Shown here in pieces: positions 14,801 to 23,633 of a stretch of DNA of 24,000 bases (positions are counted from its first letter, which is position 1; the number at the start of each line of letters is the position of its first letter). Origin of the DNA: Kluyvera genomosp. 3. Lineage in GTDB: Bacteria; Pseudomonadota; Gammaproteobacteria; Enterobacterales; Enterobacteriaceae. The position numbers and the translations under genes were made by a program. Location of the stretch: the NCBI GenBank assembly GCA_002211745.1, contig CP022114.1:1806645-1830644 (forward strand). Direction: 5' to 3'. Under the pieces are notes generated by a model. It was not told where the DNA came from, did not search any database, and worked only from the letters and a program-made list of their open reading frames with translations.

Positions 14801-16224
14801 TTAAACAATCTCCTGCACGTACTGATACAGCGCCTTCAGCAACGACAGCTTCTCGTTATTCCCCTCATACTGACCGTACAACATCTCCAGTTGCTGGGCG
14901 TAGGCCTGTAAAAATTCCGGGGTGAAGATCTGCCGACGATGCTCCAGCCAGCGCTGTTGTTCATTTTCATCCAGCGTGCCCGGGAAGTTACGCGCGCGAT
15001 AGTTAAACAGCAGCTTCTCGATACGCTTGTCGGCGAAGGTGATGTCCAGCGCCGGCAGATTGCGTGGCTCGGTCTCAAGCACGATTTTCATCGCCGCACG
15101 GTCGGCGTCGCTAAAGAAGCCGTTATAGAGCTGGGCGTCAACGTTATCCGACGGCACAAACGGCTCGGCTTCGGCGAATATCGCCACCACCTTCTCGCGC
15201 ACCTGCGGGTTATCGCGCAGCTGCTTCAGGTTATCCAGACAGTGCTGGCGGTTGATGCCCAGACGGTCGGCATCCTCCGGCCGTAGGGTATTGGCCTGCG
15301 CCAGCACCGGGCACTTATTCAGATGCACCAGCTTAATCGGCACCGGCGAACTGTCGCCGAGCTCGGCCTTCGGCGTATACAGGCGCTCGCGCAGCGTATC
15401 GGCATCCAGCTCGAGCAGCGGGGCGATGTCGCCCGCCAGGTCGACCATGATCACCGCGTTGCGGTTATCCGGATGCCAGGCTAGCGGCGCAATCCAGCTG
15501 GTGTTTCCGCGCCAGGCGCCAAACATTCCCGAGACATGCACCAGTGGCTTCATCTGCGGGACGTCAATCAGCGTCATCAGCTTGTTTTTGCCCCGGTAGG
15601 CATACAGATAATCAAAAAGCTTCGGCTGCTGGGCCTTCACCAGCTTCGCCATGGCGATGGTGGCATAAACGTCGGCCATCGCATCATGGGCGTTGCTGTG
15701 CTCAATGCCGTTGGCTTTGGTTAAATGTTCGAGGCGAAAGCTCGGCAGACCGTCGTCGTTTTCCGGCCAGTTGATGCCGTCCGGCGCAGGGCATAGCAGG
15801 CGCGCATCACGTCAAGCAGGTCCCAGCGCGAATTGCGGTTTTGCCAGCTCCAGGCGTAAGGGTCGTAAAAGTTACGGTAGAAAATATTGCGCGTCACTTC
15901 ATCATCAAAGCGGACGTTGTTGTAGCCCACTACGCAGGTTTCCGGCACCGTGAAAATATCGTGAATACGTTTGGCAAATGCGGCTTCGTTTTCGCCCTTA
16001 GCGCGCGCTTCCTGTGGGGTGATGCCGGTAATTAACACCGCTTCCGGCTGCGGCAGATAGTCGTCCGCCGGCTTACAGTAAAAAACCTCCGGCTCACCGA
16101 TGATATTGAAGTCCTTATCGGTACGAATAGCGGCGAACTGCGCGGGTCTGTCGAGGGAAGGGCTGGTTCCGAACGTTTCATAGTCGTGAAACAGGAATCC
16201 CGGCGCGCTGGAGGTCTCTTGCAT
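14801..16224 (-). CDS. sbcB: Exodeoxyribonuclease I; one apparent 1-nt deletion (~15784)
   Basis: N-terminal MQETSSAPGFLFHDYETFGTSPSLDRPAQFAAIRTDKDFNIIGEPEVFYCKPADDYLPQPEAVLITGITPQEA (DEDDh exonuclease), then MADVYATIAMAKLVKAQQPKLFDYLY...LLKALYQYVQEIV*. An upstream in-frame ATG at 16251 is possible. Confidence 0.95.
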
Positions 16225-16438
16225 GGCGTTAACTGTGTCCGTGTATGGCATTGAATGTCCATGGTAAACGATTTAGCCTGGCATCAGAAGCGCCAGAACC
16301 GTTTCTGGAATCCGTCACGCAGGGGATTTTTTTGTGTGAAAATAGAGATATGTCATATTTTCTTGCAATTTAGCCCTGTCATGAGGCACAAACTTCCGTA
16401 AAAAGGACGGCGAATTTGTAAAAGTTGAGGATGTTCCG

Positions 16439-17605
16439 TTGAAAGCCCGTTTTCTTGTTGCCGTTTCTTTGCTCGCTTCGAGCGTTTCGTGTGCATTTGC
16501 CGACAATATCGCAATGCCTGCTGTCACCCCGCCCGCGATTAAAGCAGGTTCGTGGGTACTTATGGATTATACAACCGGGCAGATTTTAACCGCAGGTAAT
16601 GAACATCAGCAGCGTAATCCAGCCAGTCTGACTAAGCTCATGACCGGCTACGTGGTGGATCGGGCTATTGATAGCCATCGCATCACGCCGGACGACATCG
16701 TCACCGTCGGGCGCGATGCCTGGGCGGCGGCTAACCCGGTGTTTAATGGTTCGTCGCTCATGTTCCTGAAAGCGGGCGACCGCGTTTCGGTTCGCGATCT
16801 GAGCCGTGGCCTGATAGTGGATTCCGGCAATGACGCCTGTGTGGCGCTGGCGGACTACGTGGCCGGCGGCCAACCGCAGTTTGTCAAAATGATGAATGAC
16901 TACGTGCAGAAGCTGAATCTGCGCGACACGCATTTTGAAACCGTCCATGGCCTTGATGCACCGGGCCAGCACAGCTCAGCTTACGATCTGGCAGTGCTTT
17001 CGCGCGCGATTATTCACGGTGAGCCAGAGTTCTATCATATGTACAGCGAGAAGAGCCTAACGTGGAACGGTATCACCCAACAGAACCGTAACGGCCTGCT
17101 GTGGGAAAAAACCATGCACATTGACGGCCTGAAAACCGGGCATACTTCCGGTGCCGGGTTTAACCTGATCGCGTCATCGGTGGATGGTCAGCGTCGTCTG
17201 ATTGCCGTTGTGATGGGCGCCGACAGCCCGAAAGGTCGTGAAGACCAGGCCCGCACGCTGCTGCGCTGGGGCCAGCAAAACTTTGATACCGTGCAGGTTC
17301 TGCAAAACGGTAAAAAGGTCGGGACTGAGCGTATCTGGTATGGCGATAAAGAAAAGATTGCTCTCGGTACCGATCAGGATTTCTGGTTAGCGCTGCCGAA
17401 AGCCGAAGTGCCGAATATTAAAGCCAAATACGTGCTGGATAAAAAAGAGCTGGAAGCGCCGCTGGCTGCTCATCAGCGGGTGGGGGAAATCCAACTGCTC
17501 GACCGCGATAAAGTGGTGGCGCAGTGGCCGCTGGTGACGCTGGAGAGCGTTGGCAAAGGTGGGCTGTTCTCGCGCTTAAGCGATTACCTGCATCACAAAG
17601 CCTGA
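16439..17605 (+). CDS. dacD: D-alanyl-D-alanine carboxypeptidase DacD (PBP6b), probable TTG start
   Basis: Intact 388 aa ORF with a signal peptide, then GSWVLMDYTTGQILTAGNEHQQRNPASLTKLMTGYVVDRAI (SxxK), SGN and KTG motifs. aGGA lies 7 nt upstream of TTG. Confidence 0.95.
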   Translation: MKARFLVAVSLLASSVSCAFADNIAMPAVTPPAIKAGSWVLMDYTTGQILTAGNEHQQRNPASLTKLMTGYVVDRAIDSHRITPDDIVTVGRDAWAAANPVFNGSSLMFLKAGDRVSVRDLSRGLIVDSGNDACVALADYVAGGQPQFVKMMNDYVQKLNLRDTHFETVHGLDAPGQHSSAYDLAVLSRAIIHGEPEFYHMYSEKSLTWNGITQQNRNGLLWEKTMHIDGLKTGHTSGAGFNLIASSVDGQRRLIAVVMGADSPKGREDQARTLLRWGQQNFDTVQVLQNGKKVGTERIWYGDKEKIALGTDQDFWLALPKAEVPNIKAKYVLDKKELEAPLAAHQRVGEIQLLDRDKVVAQWPLVTLESVGKGGLFSRLSDYLHHKA

Positions 17606-17629
17606 TGTAAACTCTATTTAATCGATTAG

Positions 17630-17650
17630 CGCCCTTTTCAGGGGCGTTTT
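17630..17650 (+). terminator. Terminator downstream of dacD
   Basis: cgccc-ttttca-ggggcg followed by ttttt. The left arm is one C shorter than the right arm. Confidence 0.75.
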
Positions 17651-17720
17651 TGCGCTCCCGGTGGTCGTTGCCTGACGGAGCAGGTACAATTTGCCCTTTC
17701 GTTTTTTGTGGAGAGTGGAT

Positions 17721-18777
17721 GTGCGTCCGGATAAGTCACTCAGCCCGTTTGAAATACGCTTATATCGACACTATCGTACCGTGCACGGCGCACGCATTGC
17801 GCTGGCTTTTGTCCTGACGTTTCTTATCGTCCGCCTGCTTGGTATTCCTGACGGCTCCTGGCCGTTGATCACGCTGGTGGTGGTCATGGGGCCGATTTCG
17901 TTCTGGGCAATGTGGTTCCGCGCGCCTTCCAGCGGATTGGCGGCACGGTGCTTGGCTCCGCGCTGGGCCTGGTCGCCCTCAAGCTGGAGCTTATCTCACT
18001 GCCGCTGATGATCATATGGTGCGCGGCGGCGATGTTCCTCTGCGGCTGGCTGGCGCTGGGTAAGAAACCGTATCAGGCGCTGTTGATTGGCATCACGTTG
18101 GGGTGGTGGTCGGCGCGCCGCCGGGCGATATGACCACCGCGCTGTGGCGAAGCGGCGACGTGATTTTCGGCTGCCTGCTGGCGATGCTGTTTACCGGTAT
18201 CTGGCCGCAGCGGGCGTTTATCCACTGGCGTATCCAGATGGCGACTTTCGTCACCCAGTTTAACCGTATCTACCAGGCGGGCCTGTCGCCTAACCTGATT
18301 GAGCGGCCGAGGCTGGAAAAACACCTGCAAGCGGTGCTTAACGACGTGGTGAAAATGCGCGGTCTGATCACCCCGGCCAGCAAAGAGACGCATATTCACA
18401 AAGGCATCTTTGAGGCCATTCAGACCGTGAGCCGCAATCTGGTGTGTATGCTGGAGCTGCAAATTAACGCCCACTGGGCGACCCGCCCAAGCCATCTGCT
18501 GATGCTCAACGCTCAGACGCTGCGTGAAACTCAGACCATGACGCAGCAAACGCTGCTCTCCATCGCCCACGCGCTGTACGAAGGTAATCCGCGGCCTATT
18601 AAGGCCAACAGCGAGAAGCTCAACGATATTGTCGCCGAACTGCGCCAACTGGTGAATGACTACAAGGGCGATAACCTTTCGGAAACGCCGATTCATGGTT
18701 ACGTCTGGCTGAGTATGGAACTGGCGCGGCAACTGGAGCTCCTCTCCAGTCTGATGTGCCGCGCATTGCGTAAATAA
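17721..18777 (+). CDS. yeeA: FUSC-family inner membrane protein YeeA; two apparent 1-nt deletions (~17906, ~18101); GTG start
   Basis: VRPDKSLSPFEIRLYRHYRTVHGARIALAFVLTFLIVRLLGIPDGSWPLITLVVVMGPISFWG | NVVPRAFQRIGGTVLGSALGLVALKLELISLPLM... | VVVGAPPGDMTTALWRSGDVIFG.... 1057 nt plus 2 gives 352 aa, the usual YeeA length. Confidence 0.92.
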
Positions 18778-18978
18778 AAGGCAGATGCGCAGGGTTTTTC
18801 GTCTGGTTGTTTCGATTCAGCTGGATTTAGGGTTATGATGAACTCAAAGCAAAAATGATTGTTTGCCGCAACGGTGATACGCGAAGTCATACTGGTTGAA
18901 GGGGATATCAGTAATGTGTACCTTATCGTGTAGCCGTTGTTTTAACGAATCCGACTCTCAACTATCAGGGGTATAAAA

Positions 18979-19299
18979 ATGGAAACCACGAAACCTTCGT
19001 TTCAGGACGTACTGGAGTTTGTACGTTTGTTCCGTCGTAAGAACAAACTGCAGCGCGAAATCCAGGACGTTGAGAAAAAGATCCGTGACAACCAGAAGCG
19101 TGTCCTGCTGCTGGACAACCTCAGCGACTACATCAAACCGGGCATGAGCGTTGAAGCTATTCAGGGCATCATTGCCAGCATGAAGGGCGACTACGAAGAT
19201 CGCGTTGATGACTACATCATCAAAAATGCTGAACTGTCCAAAGAACGCCGCGACATCTCTAAGAAACTGAAAGTGATGGGCGAGCAGAAAGGCGAGTAA
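18979..19299 (+). CDS. yeeX: UPF0265/DUF496 family protein YeeX
   Basis: Intact 106 aa [101 protein letters not shown]. Confidence 0.96.
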   Translation: METTKPSFQDVLEFVRLFRRKNKLQREIQDVEKKIRDNQKRVLLLDNLSDYIKPGMSVEAIQGIIASMKGDYEDRVDDYIIKNAELSKERRDISKKLKVMGEQKGE

Positions 19300-19311
19300 C
19301 CGTCCTTCTCG

Positions 19312-19332
19312 GGTGGCGGCGCTGCCGTCACC
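19312..19332 (+). terminator. Probable terminator downstream of yeeX
   Basis: ggtggcggc-gct-gccgtcacc, 9-bp stem with one G:T, then a T-rich stretch (ttgtttttcc) a few bases further on. Confidence 0.55.
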
Positions 19333-19498
19333 TGGCCATTGTTTTTCCTTCCCCTAATCCCACCGACACAACCTCAGTGACATCGCGAGCAATGCGGAGT
19401 ATAAAGCTCTGTGTTTGATATATTAGCCACAGTTATGTGGGAACATATTGATATCAAAGGAACTCGCTAACAATGCAGCAACATCAGGAAGCGCAATC

Positions 19499-20039
19499 AT
19501 GATGCTGGTGACCGGCGGCGCGCGCAGCGGCAAGAGCCGCCACGCTGAATCGTTACTCAGCCAGTACTCCCGGGTTTGCTATATCGCGACCTCGCAAGTT
19601 TTCGACGCCGAGATGGCCGAGCGCATTCAACATCATCGGGACAGCCGCCCTGCACACTGGCGCACCGAAGAACGCTGGCAACATCTTGCCGACATCATTA
19701 CCCTCACAACGATCCCAGCGAAGCCATCTTACTGGAATGCATCACGACGCTGGTGACCAACATTCTCTTTGCCTCGGATAACCCGGACGAGATTGAGCGT
19801 TGGGACTTCGACGCGCTGGAACGCGAAGTCAACGCAGAAATCGACGCGCTGATCGCCGCCTGTCGAGCATGCCCGTCACCGGTGGTGCTGGTGACCAATG
19901 AAGTGGGGATGGGCATCGTGCCCGAGAATCGTCTGGCCCGGCATTTTCGCGATATTGCCGGCGTGTGAACCAAAAGCTGGCGCAGGCGGCGGATGACGTC
20001 TGGCTGGTGGTATCAGGGATTGGAGTCAAAATAAAATGA
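19499..20039 (+). CDS. cobU: Adenosylcobinamide kinase / cobinamide-phosphate guanylyltransferase; two apparent 1-nt deletions (~19702, ~19960)
   Basis: [68 protein letters not shown] | [24 protein letters not shown]...[24 protein letters not shown] | [25 protein letters not shown]. Confidence 0.95.
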
Positions 20040-20773
20040 GCCGACTGTTTTTCGCCACCCTTTCGTTTATGAGCCGTCTGCCGGTACCGCAGCGCTGGTC
20101 GCAGGGGCTGGATTTAGACCGCTACGTCAGCGGCGTGATCACCTTTCCGTTTATTGGCTTGCTGCTCGGGGCGCTAAGCGGCCTGGTATTTATCATCGTT
20201 CAGGCCTGGTGCGGGATCCCGCAGGCGGCGTTCTTTGCGGTACTGGCGCTGGCGTTGCTTACCGGGGCTTCCATCTGGATGGGCTGGCGGATACCTGCGA
20301 CGGCGTTTTCTCCGCACGCCGTCGTGAAAAGATGCTGGAAATTATGCGCGACAGCCGCCTGGGCACTCACGGCGGCCTGGCGCTGATCTTCGTCCTGCTG
20401 GCGAAAGTGCTGGCCGTCAGCGAACTGGCGCTACGCGATACGCCGATGCTCGCCGCCATTGCTGGCGCCTGTATTGCCGGGCGCGCGGGTCGGTGCTGAT
20501 GATGTACCGCCACCGCTATGCGCGGGAAGAGGGGTTGGGCAATCTGTTTATCGGCAAAATCAGCTTCCGCCAGACCTGGGTTACGCTGGTTATCGGCGGC
20601 GCGCTGGTTACCGCCATGCTGGGTATGCATGGCCTGCGTGCGTTGCTGGTGGCGTTTATTGGCGTCTTTATTTTAGGACTGTTGCTGAAACGCACGCTCG
20701 GTGGACAAACCGGCGATACGCTGGCGCGGCCATCGAGCTAGGCGAAGTGATTTTCTTGCTGGCGCTACTGTAA
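20036..20773 (+). CDS. cobS: Adenosylcobinamide-GDP ribazoletransferase (cobalamin synthase); three apparent 1-nt deletions (~20266, ~20480, ~20724)
   Basis: [51 protein letters not shown]... | [56 protein letters not shown]... | [25 protein letters not shown]...[13 protein letters not shown] | [16 protein letters not shown]. The start overlaps the cobU stop. Confidence 0.95.
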
Positions 20774-20803
20774 GCCAGCGTTTAACGGGGTAAATAATAA
20801 AAT

Positions 20804-21854
20804 ATGCAAACACTGGCTTCATTATTAGCGGCGATTCCTGACGTCGATAACGCCGCGATGGCACAAGCACAGCAACATATTGATGGGCTGCTGAAACCCA
20901 CCGGTAGCCTCGGGCGTCTGGAGTCTTTGGCGGTGCAGCTGGCCGGTATGCCGGGGCTGCACGGTACGCCGCAGGTGGCGAAGAAAGCCATCCTCGTAAT
21001 GTGCGCCGACCACGGGTCTGGCATGAAGGGGTCGCGGTTTCGCCGCAGATTGTCACGGCAATCCAGGCGGCAAATATGACTCGCCATAACACCGGCGTCT
21101 GTGTGATGGCCGCCCAGGCCGGTGCCGACGTGCACGTGATAGATGTCGGTATTGATGCCGATCCGATTCCCGGCCTGATTGATATGAAGGTCGCGCGCAG
21201 CAGCGGCAATATTGCGCAGGGGCCGGCGATGAGCGCGGAGCAAGCGCAGTCGATTCTGATGGCAACTATTCGCTATACGCGTCAACTGGCGGAGCAGGGC
21301 GTGACGCTGTTTGGCGTGGGCGAGTTGGGCATGGCAAATACCACCCCAGCAGCGGCGATGGTGAGCGTGCTCACCGACAGCGAGCCGGAAGCGGTGGTTG
21401 GCGTAGGGGCAAACCTGCCGCAGACGCAGCTGGGGCATAAAGTTGAGGTTGTTCGCCGCGCTATCGCTGTGAACCAGCCTAACGCCGACGATGGTCTTGA
21501 TGTGCTGACGAAAGTGGGTGGTTATGATCTGCTCGGGATGACCGGCGTGATGCTCGGCGCCGCGTCCTGTGGCCTGCCGGTGGTGCTGGATGGTTTCTTG
21601 TCCTATGCGTCAGCGCTGGCCGCCTGCCGGATAGCGCCGGGGGTGAAACCGTATCTGATTCCTTCCCATTTCTCCGCTGAGAAGGGGCGCGTATCGCGCT
21701 CGCGCATCTCGAGCTTGAGCCGTATCTGCACATGGAGATGCGCCTGGGCGAGGGCAGCGGCGCTGCGATGGCGATGCATATCGTCGAGTCGGCCTGCGCC
21801 ATGTATAACCGTATGGGGACGCTGGCGGGTAGCAACATCGTCCTGCCGGTATAA
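20804..21854 (+). CDS. cobT: Nicotinate-nucleotide--dimethylbenzimidazole phosphoribosyltransferase; two apparent 1-nt deletions (~21015, ~21684)
   Basis: [51 protein letters not shown]...VMCADHG | [47 protein letters not shown]...[17 protein letters not shown]...SAEKG | [55 protein letters not shown]. Confidence 0.95.
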
Positions 21855-21858
21855 CGGT

Positions 21859-22748
21859 TTATTTCGTTATCATCTGTCGCAGCAGCCATTCCCGCAGCGC
21901 CAAAATATCCTGGCGCTGCGCGGTTTCTTCGGTTGCGACCAGATAGTAGTTCGCGCCGGGCAACGTCATGTTGAACGGTGCGGTGAGCACTCCGCGTTCC
22001 AGCAGATCCCGCGCCAGCAGTTCGCTGGCAATCACCACGCCCTGGCCGCGACCGCGGCCTGTAGCGCATGCGTTTCATCGCTAAAGGTTAATCCAGCCTG
22101 AATGTTTAAACCTTCAGGTCCATAGCGCTTTTGCCAGTTTTCCCAACTCGGTTCCGCGGCTGGAACGCGGCGATTCTCTACATGGAATAAGGTCACCGCC
22201 TGCAAATCCTCGGGTTTGCATATCTTCAGCGTCGGGCTGGCGACGACGATAAAGCGATCGGTATACAGCTGCGTGCAGTGCAGCGCCGCTTCCGGCCTCT
22301 CGCGGTAGCGAATTGCCACGTCTACGGTTCGCTGGCTGAGATCGACGCGCTCGACGCTGGTGTGCAGACGCAGGTCTATGGCCGGGAATTCCGCTTTAAA
22401 GTCGGCCAGCCTGGGCACCAGCCAGTGGGTTAAAAAATTGGACGTGGTGGTGACCGTCAGCGAGGGCGGCTGCTGAGCGCGAAGTACCTGTGTTGTGGCC
22501 TCTTCGAGTGCGGCAAAGGCGCGCTGAGTGCCTGCATAAAGCACTCGGCCACTTTCCGTCAGACTCATGCCCTGCGCGCTGCGCTCGCAGACCCGGCACC
22601 CAAGCACTGACTCCAGAAGTTTGATTTGATGGCTGACTGCCGTGGCGCTCACACCCAGCGTGTCGGCAGCCCGTTTAAAGCTCTGGCTTTCGGCGACTGC
22701 GTGAAACGCCCGCAGCGCGCCAAGCGGCGGGAGGCGTATTTTTTTCAT
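21859..22748 (-). CDS. LysR-family transcriptional regulator (GcvA-like); one apparent 1-nt deletion (~22046)
   Basis: [73 protein letters not shown] (N-terminal winged HTH) plus a LysR effector domain. Reconstructed end [67 protein letters not shown]. Confidence 0.88.
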
Positions 22749-22872
22749 ACCTGAGTTTTTCTCATCTATAGCTGAAAACTATGCGTTTGTTTAAGCCATT
22801 ATACAGGGCGTAGGCTACCCGGCATGTAAAGCGAGAAGTGAATTATTCTCATGATGATGTCGGGAGTCGAAA

Positions 22873-23390
22873 ATGAGTACAGAGATACATAACGCTACGT
22901 TGCCGGGCGAAGCGGGTGCGCTACGCGCCATTGCGCTAGGTTCCGGGATCGCTGCGGGTGGCTTGTTGCTGAAAATGGCGACGATTGTTGGCGTGGGCAT
23001 CAGCGTGATCCTGCTGGCCGCATTGGTGGCAAGCGCCGCTCTGGGCGTTGTGCTGGCGCGTCAGCGGGGGATCGCGCGTCACGGCTTTCTGCTGGCCGCT
23101 GCGGCTGGCTGTTGGTATTGCTGACCACGTTGAATGCGCATCCAGGGATGGCACTGTTGCCCGGCATTCTTATCGCTGGCGTAGGGCTGGGGCTGGCCCA
23201 CGGTCAGCACGCTGTCGAGAAACGGATGGGCACGATGATGAGTTGCGCCGTGGCGCTGACGGCAGTCTTACTGATTCAGGCTTGCGCAGCACCAGGCTTG
23301 ATGGGGTACGTCTTTGCGCTTGCGTTGCCTGTCGATCTCGCCTTGCTTGGCGCATTGCTGGTTCGAATTGCGGAACAGGAAAGGCGTTAA
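22873..23390 (+). CDS. Small polytopic membrane protein of unknown function, divergent from the LysR gene; one apparent 1-nt deletion (~23107)
   Basis: MSTEIHNATLPGEAGALRAIALGSGIAAGGLLLKMATIVGVGISVILLAALVASAALGVVLARQRGIARHGFLLAAAAG | LLVLLTTLNAHPGMALLPGILIAGVGLGLAHGQHAVEKRMGTMMSCAVALTAVLLIQACAAPGLMGYVFALALPVDLALLGALLVRIAEQERR*. Several hydrophobic spans; 172 aa if one G is restored. Confidence 0.65.
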
Positions 23391-23398
23391 AAGCAAAA

Positions 23399-23426
23399 AT
23401 CCCGCTTAAGTTTCCTTAAGCGGGAT
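23399..23426 (-). terminator. Rho-independent terminator of tRNA-Asn
   Basis: atcccgcttaag-tttc-cttaagcgggat with an A tract on the + strand (T run on the minus strand: gggatttttgctttt). Confidence 0.88.
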
Positions 23427-23435
23427 CTTCGAATT

Positions 23436-23511
23436 TGGCTCCTCTGACTGGACTCGAACCAGTGACATACGGATTAACAGTCCGCCGTTCTACCGACTGA
23501 ACTACAGAGGA
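23436..23511 (-). tRNA. tRNA-Asn, anticodon GTT
   Basis: Reverse complement tcctctgtagttcagtcggtagaacggcggactgttaatccgtatgtcactggttcgagtccagtcagaggagcca: 76 nt with complete acceptor stem, D arm, anticodon arm (ctgttaatc), T loop ggttcgagtcc and encoded CCA. Confidence 0.98.
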
Positions 23512-23633
23512 ATCGTTGTGGAGTCGTATCTTAGCGGCGAAAAAATTTTTGTCAAACCCCAATTATGACTTTGTGGTGCAGTTGCCTATTCCATCAACAA
23601 TTTGTCGTCATTCCAGACAAAAATTAAGGAAAA

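Noticed and set aside
16439-17605. Possible defence or novel enzymatic system around sbcB-dacD
   Set aside because: Both are recognisable housekeeping genes (exonuclease I, PBP6b) in expected synteny. No additional nuclease, helicase or reverse transcriptase is present.
18073-18732. 219-aa minus-strand ORF antisense to yeeA
   Set aside because: Opposite the conserved YeeA C-terminal region; a GC-driven open frame without family similarity.
19333-19498. Cobalamin riboswitch upstream of cobU
   Set aside because: I could not identify a convincing B12-box or the conserved core by eye. An Rfam covariance search would be needed to exclude or confirm it.
20478-20500. Short alternating gc repeat (gcgcgcg) at the cobS break, considered as a slipped-repeat hotspot
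   Set aside because: The frame change is a single base, not a dinucleotide unit. It fits one G or C missing from the adjacent run, like the other sites.
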